Below, piece after piece: positions 39,301 to 47,235 of a stretch of 64,000 nt of DNA. Every line of letters starts with the position of its first letter. Position 1 is the stretch's first letter. The stretch is from Candidatus Omnitrophota bacterium (lineage in GTDB: Bacteria > Omnitrophota > Omnitrophia > Omnitrophales > Aquincolibacteriaceae). The stretch spans positions 1,964 through 65,963 of the forward strand of contig DAOSLF010000008.1 of NCBI GenBank assembly GCA_035368605.1, given 5' to 3'. The position numbers were made by a program, and so were the translations under genes. Below the pieces are notes generated by a model, which worked only from the letters and a program-made list of their open reading frames with translations, had not been told where the DNA came from and ran no database searches.

Positions 39301-39808
39301 CCACGGACGTCCGGGTCAACGGATGGTGAAGCCGGATTCGAACCTCATAAAGGCGCTGATTTTCCGAGACCTGGGTCGCCGGATCCACCAGGACCTTGAG
39401 ACTTTGAACCTGAATATGCTGAAGCCCATCGAACCGGTAGTTGCCTCCCTTTTGGGGCTTCAGGAACGGCGAGTCGAACCACGTTTCAAGATTCTTCTGG
39501 AAAAGGACCTTCGACCCTTCCGATTCCTCGTAGACGACCAAGTCTCCCGAAGCGTCCGCCTCTGCGGAAGGGAAGCCGTTGGCCCGGACATAGTCGTTGA
39601 ATACTTTAAAGGTTCGATCGATCACAGCTTCGGCCGCCCACGCAAGCCTGATGCGGTCAGCCGTCCGCTGAATAGTCCGCTGCTGCATCCCCAGGCTTAT
39701 AAAATTCCCCGCGAGTACCAGCGAAATGGCAATCACCAGAAAAAACATCAAGATGATCGCGAACCCCTTCTGATTGTTCCTCATAATCCTTTCATTCCAG
39801 TTCGGCAT
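36317..39808 (-). CDS. giant GspK/PilX-like minor (tip) pseudopilin, paralog 1 (1163 aa)
   Basis: N-terminus QKGFAIILMFFLVIAISLVLAG...RTADRIRLAWAAEAVID is PilX_N/GspK-like (prepilin-like helix lacking Glu5). Shares conserved blocks with the two other giants (FDYAVFYNTDLEIAAGPDWELQGPIFSNGNVYLM, YYALRSAGNIYFYFK, FGVLSNSWN, YSGGLENLINFQE, C-terminal LRTNPPPLP...FRE). Contains DEDRDGDSD. Confidence 0.6.
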   Translation of the reverse strand: MPNWNERIMRNNQKGFAIILMFFLVIAISLVLAGNFISLGMQQRTIQRTADRIRLAWAAEAVIDRTFKVFNDYVRANGFPSAEADASGDLVVYEESEGSKVLFQKNLETWFDSPFLKPQKGGNYRFDGLQHIQVQSLKVLVDPATQVSENQRLYEVRIRLHHPLTRTSVEYSQKIQVRTGRLFDYAVFYNTDLEIAAGPDWELQGPIFSNGNVYLMTGSGSRLTLRMPPDDSTNTEYYALRSAGNIYFYFKTALAENYFLKNNKYRAAVPDFYKTDESSHPFYVEGTKGVEVYGEPAAKRFLGYDADEAPPFVYTFRNSVQYGGATAHTILVVKPGETKPYVLLSSAVPSTPIRKTEASCDFPSKVPYAESYKSGVGNDLSVSAAIGPSRAEARKLLPGWEASNPVSTAPMVNPFWTGFPKKSDLRSAMIADHPSHGVTRHALPVGGKDLAPHKLIEPLALNGDEDRDGDSDDPQDQRIRRYKYQTCASLVFRCVDADCRTYKLFIHKAGATTVSSLGFSSGLLDGSEANGVYLKENFYDYRLRRSARLIEINVKTFLNRMRQRYGLDFSTDKPVIYVQTVPAYPVIAESAGPLLVKVSGGAELPLSGLSVVTNGRLWVQGDYNIYPYDADGVLLTDACSAEELKSGACATNERNVPPADLYSDSFGVLSNSWNSDNETAAQTLESRVASDTILNAAVVTGHLPSQLVKPLKPAIWSMPSCDLKTEPVESQPDRTPCLYFGDDQFNFYESPGVPASVYDENGIGYLNPDSELVQRLKSNNTIMEAAGSTFQYYLDKTTVPYNLVREYYRRSSASVPYPATPSRTDPPIPGTQNVNTYRLPQDYFKATDPLKIPITEAVRDNSTAAGVDDGYIIYKRDGGELPFPSMGYPGVTFRRIRKGYGEVDAPLQYACVKNWIESYKQTAQTPSSVYVCDPPTEEKTVPACRWISVSEWKTETSARTSHCICGAKYDNVNPDKNNNRDLLTKFPDWTVDDPATTDNEESPSWLGSGLCPDRDQNYFPYFPKLRYTWKAQGPLWEAKYSGGLENLINFQELWYDTKGTPNSPADDTRATLHFRGSLVSGWDSEEMKRSDGTPAFFGTTYYYWSRAAAPEAPYYTAPVRDYSFNDKLRTNPPPLPYKSGMLLFSIVRRDFREEPVKGTGYDA

Positions 39809-40553
39809 GCAAAAAAACCGTTTTGGTGATCCCCGCTGTTTTCAGATCTTTTTTTGCGCCAAGCGCCGTCCCGACCGAGCCCCGGGCGCTGAGGCTGACG
39901 GAAACTGTTTTCTTCCCTGGGTCTGTCTTGAAGACGGGATAGACACCTTTGTCTTCGCAAAGATTTTTGGGCAACTCCGCAGCGGTGACACAGGCGTCTC
40001 TAAGACTTTCTTCGTTGTCCATTCCGGCAACCGTCACAGTCCCGTCATTATCCAGATCCGCATCAGCATACGGCGCGAACATCCCGGGGGTTGAAAGCTC
40101 GGTCTCGGTCCATAGACGACCAGCGGCCTCAGCAGCTCCAACCGTGTACACTCTGCGGACCAGCTTCGCCTCGGGAGGCACTCCCGACGCAAGCAGATAT
40201 CCGTACCAGACTTCCTTCGCGCCGGTTCCCGAACCAACCAGCGTACCCATCCAGATCTCTCCCTGTTTATCTTCGGAACGATAGTAGAAAGGACCCTGCA
40301 CCGGACTGTCCGCCGGAATCTCCGTGCCATCGGGATAATGGCTCAAAAACCCTTTCCGGACCCCACCCTGCAACTGCAGCTCAAAATCTCGGAAGATTGC
40401 CAGCAGCTCATTCTGCATCCTGGCACCCTGATCCTGGGCGACCTTGGACCCCGTGACCGAAAGATGCAAGGTGCTCATCGCGAACAACACGCTGCCCAGA
40501 ATGCAAACTGCGATGATAAGCTCCATCAAAGAGAGGCCGTGCGGTTCTTTCAT
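39792..40553 (-). CDS. GspJ/PilW-like minor pseudopilin
   Basis: MKEPHG|LSLMELIIAVCILGSVLFA prepilin signal. 253 aa. Paralog of 50742..51458 (shared VWYGYLLASG / VWYGYKFASG, KGVYPVFK). Confidence 0.65.
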   Translation of the reverse strand: MKEPHGLSLMELIIAVCILGSVLFAMSTLHLSVTGSKVAQDQGARMQNELLAIFRDFELQLQGGVRKGFLSHYPDGTEIPADSPVQGPFYYRSEDKQGEIWMGTLVGSGTGAKEVWYGYLLASGVPPEAKLVRRVYTVGAAEAAGRLWTETELSTPGMFAPYADADLDNDGTVTVAGMDNEESLRDACVTAAELPKNLCEDKGVYPVFKTDPGKKTVSVSLSARGSVGTALGAKKDLKTAGITKTVFLHAELE

Positions 40554-40556
40554 AGA

Positions 40557-40988
40557 TCACCCTGCATAAAAGACCGTGGTAACAGTCTCCTGTTTGTCAC
40601 ATTGAACACAAGGCTTGTTCTCGCCTTCTTTCCACGGATAATCCCACCCGATGCGGATAGTCACTTGCTTGAGGTCGGGATCGGATTCAAGAATCTCCAC
40701 CGTCCGGGTCATCGCGCCATGTTTGAGCTCACGAACCTCCGCGACCGCGCTGGTCCCGGGCTGAAGGCTCCGACCGTTGTCTTTCTTGGCCTCCGCGAGC
40801 ATCTTGTCGATCAAATGGACCGCGACCATTTTTTGCTGCATCGCGGCCGCGGCCCGGCTGACATGGCCCGTCACTCCGAGAACACCGGTGGCAACCACAG
40901 TGATCGCTGTAATGGCTACGAGAATCTCAAGCAGGGAGAACCCGCCCATCCCTTTCGAGTCACTTTGGGCCATTTCATCAGCCTTCAT
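40557..40988 (-). CDS. GspI/PilV-like minor pseudopilin
   Basis: ...SKGMG|GFSLLEILVAITAITVVATGVLG prepilin signal. 143 aa. Paralog of 51462..51917 (shared IGWDYPW motif). Confidence 0.65.
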   Translation of the reverse strand: MKADEMAQSDSKGMGGFSLLEILVAITAITVVATGVLGVTGHVSRAAAAMQQKMVAVHLIDKMLAEAKKDNGRSLQPGTSAVAEVRELKHGAMTRTVEILESDPDLKQVTIRIGWDYPWKEGENKPCVQCDKQETVTTVFYAG

Positions 40989-41044
40989 TTTCTGTTTCCT
41001 TTCGTTCCCGTCATTCTAGAACTCTGCGTCCCGAATTCAAGAGT

Positions 41045-41704
41045 TTATAGATCACACGGATTCCGGGCCGCCGTAAAACGGCGCCCTGAAAAACAGGACG
41101 GCGCCGAAACCAGCAAAAGGGCGCCCTGGCGCTGCAAGGGATTTCCGAACGATACATCCATGCCCCCGGAAAAGAAGAGGTTATCCCCTTCCTTCAGCGT
41201 CACGCCCCTGCCATCCACTTTTCCTTCGAAGCGCCCGCTCAGCGTCTGGAGGAAAACCGCGCCCGTACCGTTCAGGATACTGCCGTCAAACGACTTCCCC
41301 GGATCGACAAGCACCTTCCCGCAAAACAGCTCATCGATGGACGGCGAGAAGGCGATGAACTCGACCCCTTTCGAGGGGAAAGCAATGCGATAAAGCCCTT
41401 TCGGCGTCCCTTGGGAAAAACATTCCGGCAACGAGACTTCCGCCCTCCGGAAGATCCCGCTCACGGCCACCCCGAGCCCTTTCGCGATCATCTCGAGCGT
41501 GGCAATCGAAGGATTCCTGATCCTCCCTTTTTCAACCGCGGTCAGGGTCCTGGGATCGAGCCCGTTCGAACGACGACAGAGTTCCACGCCGCTGAGACCG
41601 CGCTCCTTCCGGAGCTCCAGCACCGACCGGCCCAGGTTGATCCCCGTTCGCCGGGGCTCACCCGACCGACCACCGGTTTTTGTCTGAGGGTTTTTCCGTT
41701 TCAT
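41045..41704 (-). CDS. XRE-family HTH transcriptional regulator with C-terminal cupin domain
   Basis: Start at internal Met 41704 with GGAGG RBS; the upstream 86 codons of the track ORF overlap the neighbouring gene's 3' end and look spurious. HTH_3 segment LGRSVLELRKERGLSGVELCRRSNGLDPRTLTAVEKGR. C-terminal cupin beta-strands. Confidence 0.7.
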   Translation of the reverse strand: MKRKNPQTKTGGRSGEPRRTGINLGRSVLELRKERGLSGVELCRRSNGLDPRTLTAVEKGRIRNPSIATLEMIAKGLGVAVSGIFRRAEVSLPECFSQGTPKGLYRIAFPSKGVEFIAFSPSIDELFCGKVLVDPGKSFDGSILNGTGAVFLQTLSGRFEGKVDGRGVTLKEGDNLFFSGGMDVSFGNPLQRQGALLLVSAPSCFSGRRFTAARNPCDL

Positions 41705-41747
41705 CGTCTTCCCTCCTCTTGCCGTACCCGCCCGCAGGCCGATACGG

Positions 41748-43691
41748 TTATGACGGGTTCTTTTCCAGCAAGATCTTTCCGAGCGTGTAACGCCGGGGCT
41801 TCCCTTCGTTCCGGAAGAACCACACCAGTTTCCCATCCCCTTCCTTCCGCTCGATATCATGGACCGCCGGCGAAAGGCGGACCGTAGATCCGGCGCTGGG
41901 GCGTATTCCGAGCGCGTCCCAACGCAGGGCGCCTTCGATGATATACCCCTGCCCGTCGGCATAGGACGCGGCGGACGCCTTGCCGGTCTTCAGGAACGAT
42001 TCGCCGCCCTGGAACCAGGACCAGGATTCGACTTCCGAACCGTCCGGGGAAGGACGGAATCCGATCTGGTAATCCGCCGCATCTTCCCAGAAGAGCCCAT
42101 CGCCTTCGGGATCCACGTAGAGCTCGAGAAGGTCGTCCCGCCAGAGTTGTTTCCCTGAATGTTTCGCGACGATCTCATCGTCCATCACCTGCGCGACGAA
42201 ATAAAGCGCCTGCTCGTCCCACGCGAACCGGATTTTCGCCGAAAGGTCCCTGGGGCCTCCGAAGGTCCCGTACTCCGTATTCGCTTCGGGCGTGAGCCGG
42301 ATCACGTCACCCGCCGGCCAGTCTTTCAGCATCGCGTCGGGTTTGATCCCCCCCGCGAGATACGGCGCGCGGTAGACCGGAGGGTCCGGCCACGGGAGCT
42401 CCATCGTTCCTTCTCTAAAACCGATTTTTTCGAACGCGCTCCGGACATACGGACTTTTCATCATCCGGTCCCATACGAGACCGCTGCGGTAATTCTCGAT
42501 CATCAGGAGAAGCGGCCCCTGGTCGATCGCGAGCACGCGGTCACTCGCCCAGTTCTTGTCCACGTTCATTGCGTCGGCAAAACCGTAGCGGCCCCACATC
42601 TTTTCGCCGTATTTTTCCCTGATCAGACGGAGACAGGCGATGGATTCCTTCGGCGTGAACACGATTGACGACCCGCAGGCCGTCGGTGCGATCGTCCCGT
42701 CATGCGCGACACCCCACCCGGGCGGCGCGCCGTACGCCTTGTAGCCGCCCGGACCGTCGGACGCGCTCAACCCCCAGAACCCCTGCGCGTAGGTCCGGTA
42801 GGTCCCGGCATTGTCCTCGCAAAAAGCCTTGTTGGCGAGCGTCGCATTGACGGAATTCCTGAAATAATCGGCATATCCGTCATGTTTGTTCCGGAGGTCG
42901 AGCCAGACATGCGGGAACTGATGCGTGAAAAGCGGCGGCATCTGGATCACGCGGTAATCCCGGTAACTCCCTGCCGGACGGAGAATTTCTTTCCAGACCG
43001 AAGGATCGAGCGGATGACCGCTCGCGGGCGCGCCGATCGCGAGCACGTAAAGCAGGAGCGACTCGTCAAAATGGTCCCACCGATTCCGGCTGAAACCCGT
43101 CTCCGGCGTCCAGGCCAGCGCGAACGTCCTGCCGCCGTTCAGCATCCACGGAAAATCGATCCGCTCGTAGATCGCCTTCACGAGCCCCCGGATCCCGGGA
43201 TCGTCGTAATACTCCGCCGCAAAAAGGGCACCCGCGAGAAGAAGCGCCGTGTCGATCGGGGAAAGTTCGGAATTGTTCACGCGCCGGCCGGTCCCGGGAT
43301 CGAGAAAATGGTAGAAAAACCCTTTATGCTGAGGCGCATCGTTCAGAAGGAACTCAAGGGTCCGCCGGGTGAGTTCACGCGCCTTGCCGCGGTCCATCCA
43401 TCCGCGCTCGACACCAACGGGATAGGCGGTCAGCGCAAACCCGACACCGGCAATACTTGCCGGCGCCTGCGAAAGGCCCTTGTCCCGGTGCGCCGCGGCA
43501 TCCGGTACGAGGCCGTTATAGGGATTCACCTGTTCCCGGAAGAACCGGAAAGACCTCTCCTGGACTTCGTTCAGGAATTCCTCATCGGCCGGAGCGATCT
43601 CCGCCGCCCGGGCCAACGGGCAAAGACATGACATCATAGCGACCCAGACTGCCGTCATGAGGATCCTGCATTCAGAACACTGAAAACGCAT
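41748..43691 (-). CDS. secreted (alpha/alpha)6-type glycoside hydrolase resembling the beta-1,2-glucanase/DUF3131 (GH144-like) family, with C-terminal CBM9-like domain
   Basis: Signal peptide MRFQCSECRILMTAVWVAMMSCLCPLARA (start 43691, AAGGA RBS). Six-hairpin glycosidase-like core. C-terminal 180 aa matches the CBM9 pattern (FAWDEQALYFVAQVMDDEIV...WRDDLLELYVDPEG...GYIIEGALRWDALG). Confidence 0.55.
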   Translation of the reverse strand: MRFQCSECRILMTAVWVAMMSCLCPLARAAEIAPADEEFLNEVQERSFRFFREQVNPYNGLVPDAAAHRDKGLSQAPASIAGVGFALTAYPVGVERGWMDRGKARELTRRTLEFLLNDAPQHKGFFYHFLDPGTGRRVNNSELSPIDTALLLAGALFAAEYYDDPGIRGLVKAIYERIDFPWMLNGGRTFALAWTPETGFSRNRWDHFDESLLLYVLAIGAPASGHPLDPSVWKEILRPAGSYRDYRVIQMPPLFTHQFPHVWLDLRNKHDGYADYFRNSVNATLANKAFCEDNAGTYRTYAQGFWGLSASDGPGGYKAYGAPPGWGVAHDGTIAPTACGSSIVFTPKESIACLRLIREKYGEKMWGRYGFADAMNVDKNWASDRVLAIDQGPLLLMIENYRSGLVWDRMMKSPYVRSAFEKIGFREGTMELPWPDPPVYRAPYLAGGIKPDAMLKDWPAGDVIRLTPEANTEYGTFGGPRDLSAKIRFAWDEQALYFVAQVMDDEIVAKHSGKQLWRDDLLELYVDPEGDGLFWEDAADYQIGFRPSPDGSEVESWSWFQGGESFLKTGKASAASYADGQGYIIEGALRWDALGIRPSAGSTVRLSPAVHDIERKEGDGKLVWFFRNEGKPRRYTLGKILLEKNPS

Positions 43692-43725
43692 TGTTCCTTT
43701 CATAAAGAAAACAAGGTTGTGAACG

Positions 43726-46700
43726 TTATACCGCGCTCTCGTCTCTGATACCAAGGGGCTCGCCGCTACGCGGGTCCAGTTCCCTGAAGGTTTTCCGCGT
43801 CAGCGCGTAAACGGACGGCGTTCCCGGCGGCGGACTGGTCCTGAGAGTTTCATTATAAAAAGCCTTCCGGGCCGGCGCGCAATAATAGGCGGGTTTCCAA
43901 AAAGCGGGCCGCACTGTTTCCGAAGTGTCCTCCGGGAAAACGGTCGTTGAGATCCGGAGTTCTCTGGCATGCCAAGGAGCCGTCTGGACCCCGTAAAACC
44001 GGATCGTCTGCTGCCAGTCGACAACCTCCTTCTCGTTCACCAGTGAAATCTTTCCCCATTGTTCCTGGTAATTGATCAGGTTTTCAAGCCCTCCGCTGTA
44101 CCGGGCGACATAAAGCGGAACGTAGCGCCCGTGATAATATCTGATCCCTGAAGGCTCATAGCGTAACGATGGACCTGCTCCGCCCGTACAGGTGTAGGTA
44201 CATACCGGAGCCTCCGTTTCGCTGCCTCCCGTGCAAATGTTTTTACACACATAATCAGGCGTTGTCGAGATATAGTTAAGAGAAGGACCCGTGAGCCAAT
44301 CCGGCATAATCACATTGAAGTAAACACCACCCGTCAGCGGCACTCCCCTGACTTCGCACTCCGGCGGAACGGGCTGATAGGTCCGCCATTCCCAATCCCT
44401 TCCCGGACATCGCATCATGCTGTCGGTATTGACAGGGATATCCCGGTCAGGAAGCACATTCCCCGAAAAAACCACGTTCCGGTAACTTACGGCAGCGGAA
44501 CTGAACCCCGTATCGGCCGGATGGCATATCCTGTTCGTGGAAAAATCGCAGCGCCCGTCCGTGTTTTTTTTATCGCAACAGACAAGACTCCACTCGTTGG
44601 CGTCATTCTTTCTCGCAACCGGAATGGTATAAGCCACGCGAAATCCCCTGAGAATCTCCTTCTCGTCCGGGGTCAGCTGATCCCAGCGGGTAACGGTCCT
44701 CGTGACAATGATATTGTGCAAAAGTTTCTGGAGGGCCGTGCCATCAGGATCGGGCAGCGGCGGCGCCGAATCATCGGGGGAACTCCAGGCGAGTCCCCAG
44801 GGGCTTCCGGCGCCCCACCGGTCCTTTTGCGCGGTGTAGGACTGCTCCTTTTCCGGGGCCGAGAGACCCCTGACGCCGTTCGTGTTGTAATAGGTCCCGT
44901 CGTATTCCTTCCAGGCCGTGTTGTAGATCCGCTTGAAAAGCATCAGCGTCGGAACATAAAAAATACCCGTCGCCGTATCCTTCCGCAATTCACAATCAGA
45001 CCAATCAACCGGGTTCCCGGACGCGTCCAGCCCCGCCGGGCAGCGGGCACCGGAAACGGCAGGAACATGGCTCGCCCCTGTTTGGGAATACCAGCCGCTG
45101 GCATCAGGCGGCAGATCTTTCACGAAGGACCGCCGCGCCCACTGGAAACATTCTTCCGGATGATCCGCATCGCACCTCGGGAACGTTTCTTCAAGCTGGG
45201 AAGGCACAAACCCCGTCACGACGGCGGTATTGACCATCGAGGATCCGGCAACGGGCCGTTTGTCTAAAGATGTCGCCCCGCCGTAAGAATCCTTCCAGCT
45301 GTTCGAAAGTATCCCGAAACTGTCGCTGAAAACCGCAGCCGGCGGAAAAACACAGGCGCGTTGGTCCCAATCCCCGGCGGAGCAGGTCCCTCCGGAGCGG
45401 GTTCCGTTCGGGTATTCGTAGGTGTTATAGTCCCCCTGGATCCAGAGACGCCCGTTCGTCACGACCGTGAGTCCCTTCGACAAAAGCTTTCCGCCGTTCG
45501 TCAGCCTGACAAGCGCCACCTTGTTTTCTCCGCTGGCCTCATAGGGACCTTCCGGAACACCGACGTACACAAGACACCCTGTGCCGCTGGTATCGCATTC
45601 AAACCCCGACAACACGGTATTCAGATTCGCAACATCGATCGTCACTGTGGGGAATTCCCCGCCCATCCGGTAATCGTAGAGCATGCCGATCGACGCAAAG
45701 GCACCGGCCGCAATCGCGCTACCCGCCCGGTCCGTGGCGGCAATGGGTTCGGTGTCTGTCGTGCAACTCAGCCGGAGATCCGCCATGGAGGCCAGCTTCT
45801 GTTTTCTGACCTCAACCTTTTCACCCTCGACCAACGGATCGATCAGGGTGTGAATTCCGTTCGGGGCGTTCGGATCCCCGACGGGGATGGCTCTTGACGT
45901 CACGCCCTCAACCGTATCCGCGACATACATTCCCGTCGGATCGGAAGCCGGAGCCCCCCAACGGTTGTTCAACACCTCTTTCTGGCTACCTTCCCCCGGA
46001 TTTTCAGACTTGGGATCGGCAGCCGTCCAGCCCGCAAGCCGCTTCGGCGGTTGCAGTCCCACCGGATCATAAACCGGCGTCGCATTCATAAAATCTCCGG
46101 CTTTTCCGTAATTCCCTGCGTCCAAATAGTAGGACGCGGCGGCGTCAGGCGGCCACAAAGGATATTGATTCAGAAAGTAATGGTGACTCAGGAACTTGAG
46201 GGGGATGTCATCTTTACCCGGGATCTGAAGAACGATATGCGGCTCATCATACAAAAAACTGGAGAACCGGATCTCGTTCCGCGGATAGTAGAACATTGGC
46301 ATGGCCTTTTCGCGGGTTCTGAACGCGTACGGTTCGAGTTCCATGCTGTCGAGTCCGTCAATGCCTCCGTAGCGGGACATCCTCTCGGCATCATCGGTCC
46401 GCAGGTAATCCGGCGCTCCGTTCACATAGGCTTCGTTCCGGTACCGACCATCTTTCTTGTCCAGAAAATAGTTCCGGGCCAGAAACCGCTTGAAGTAGAA
46501 ATAAATATGGCCCGCGCTCCGGAGCGCATAATAATTCTCCGGATCTTCGCCGATATTCGAGGGAAGGGAAAGCCGCAGTTGACTGCTCGGCCCGGTCATG
46601 AGGTAGATGTTCGCGTTGGAGAAAACAGGCCCCTGGAGATCATAATCGGTGCCCGAAGCGATCTCGAGGTCCGTGTTGTAAAAGGTGCTGTAATCAAAAA

Positions 46701-47235
46701 GTTTCCCGGCGGAAACCCGGACAACCTGGCTAAAGAAACTCGCGGAACCCGTATTGGGATTCGTCAACATGACGCGAATTTCATACTCGCGATAAGCGTC
46801 CGTCGGATTCGACATGGATGAGGAACTTTTGATCTGTCTCACGGACAGCGCAGACTGATCAAGCTGGACTATGACCGAGGGAAAGGGCCATTTGAAATCA
46901 TCGGCAAGACCGCTGAACCATGCCGCGATCTCCGAGGTGAACAAGGGCCCCTCCGTCTGCCCGGGCATGCTGTTCCGGACTTCAAGCGTATCGGCGTCAT
47001 AGTCCGGATACTGGGCGTTCGTTTCGACAAAATCCGAGAACTTTGCGAAAGTGTAATCAATCACGGCCTCCGCGGCCCAGTAAAGACGGATGCGGTCGAT
47101 CGTCCGCTGCGTCGTCAGCTGTTGCTGGCCAAGGCTCAGAAAACTCCCCGTCATGACCGCCACCATCGCGATCACGAGCGCGAGCGTCATGATCATGACA
47201 AAACCTTTTTGTTGTCTTCCACGCCAGTCCATCAT
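43726..47235 (-). CDS. giant GspK/PilX-like minor (tip) pseudopilin, paralog 2 (1169 aa)
   Basis: N-terminus QKGFVMIMTLALVIAMVAVMTGSFLSLGQQQLTTQRTIDRIRLYWAAEAVID. Conserved blocks shared with paralogs 1 and 3 (FDYSTFYNTDLEIASGTDYDLQGPVFSNANIYLM, YYALRSAGHIYFYFK, FGILSNSWK, YSGGLENLINYQE, C-terminal LRTSPPP...FRELDP). Confidence 0.6.
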   Translation of the reverse strand: MMDWRGRQQKGFVMIMTLALVIAMVAVMTGSFLSLGQQQLTTQRTIDRIRLYWAAEAVIDYTFAKFSDFVETNAQYPDYDADTLEVRNSMPGQTEGPLFTSEIAAWFSGLADDFKWPFPSVIVQLDQSALSVRQIKSSSSMSNPTDAYREYEIRVMLTNPNTGSASFFSQVVRVSAGKLFDYSTFYNTDLEIASGTDYDLQGPVFSNANIYLMTGPSSQLRLSLPSNIGEDPENYYALRSAGHIYFYFKRFLARNYFLDKKDGRYRNEAYVNGAPDYLRTDDAERMSRYGGIDGLDSMELEPYAFRTREKAMPMFYYPRNEIRFSSFLYDEPHIVLQIPGKDDIPLKFLSHHYFLNQYPLWPPDAAASYYLDAGNYGKAGDFMNATPVYDPVGLQPPKRLAGWTAADPKSENPGEGSQKEVLNNRWGAPASDPTGMYVADTVEGVTSRAIPVGDPNAPNGIHTLIDPLVEGEKVEVRKQKLASMADLRLSCTTDTEPIAATDRAGSAIAAGAFASIGMLYDYRMGGEFPTVTIDVANLNTVLSGFECDTSGTGCLVYVGVPEGPYEASGENKVALVRLTNGGKLLSKGLTVVTNGRLWIQGDYNTYEYPNGTRSGGTCSAGDWDQRACVFPPAAVFSDSFGILSNSWKDSYGGATSLDKRPVAGSSMVNTAVVTGFVPSQLEETFPRCDADHPEECFQWARRSFVKDLPPDASGWYSQTGASHVPAVSGARCPAGLDASGNPVDWSDCELRKDTATGIFYVPTLMLFKRIYNTAWKEYDGTYYNTNGVRGLSAPEKEQSYTAQKDRWGAGSPWGLAWSSPDDSAPPLPDPDGTALQKLLHNIIVTRTVTRWDQLTPDEKEILRGFRVAYTIPVARKNDANEWSLVCCDKKNTDGRCDFSTNRICHPADTGFSSAAVSYRNVVFSGNVLPDRDIPVNTDSMMRCPGRDWEWRTYQPVPPECEVRGVPLTGGVYFNVIMPDWLTGPSLNYISTTPDYVCKNICTGGSETEAPVCTYTCTGGAGPSLRYEPSGIRYYHGRYVPLYVARYSGGLENLINYQEQWGKISLVNEKEVVDWQQTIRFYGVQTAPWHARELRISTTVFPEDTSETVRPAFWKPAYYCAPARKAFYNETLRTSPPPGTPSVYALTRKTFRELDPRSGEPLGIRDESAV
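47056..47211. repeat. 156-bp direct repeat copy A (5' end of giant paralog 2)
   Basis: Positions 47056..47211 are identical to 50539..50694 except for one mismatch (gcgagcg versus gcaagcg). Encodes the PilX_N-like helix. Confidence 0.85.

Noticed and set aside
41705-41962. 86-codon N-terminal extension of ORF 41045..41962
   Set aside because: Overlaps the 3' end of the hydrolase gene. Arg/Gly-rich. The internal Met at 41704 has a GGAGG RBS and starts right at the HTH domain.
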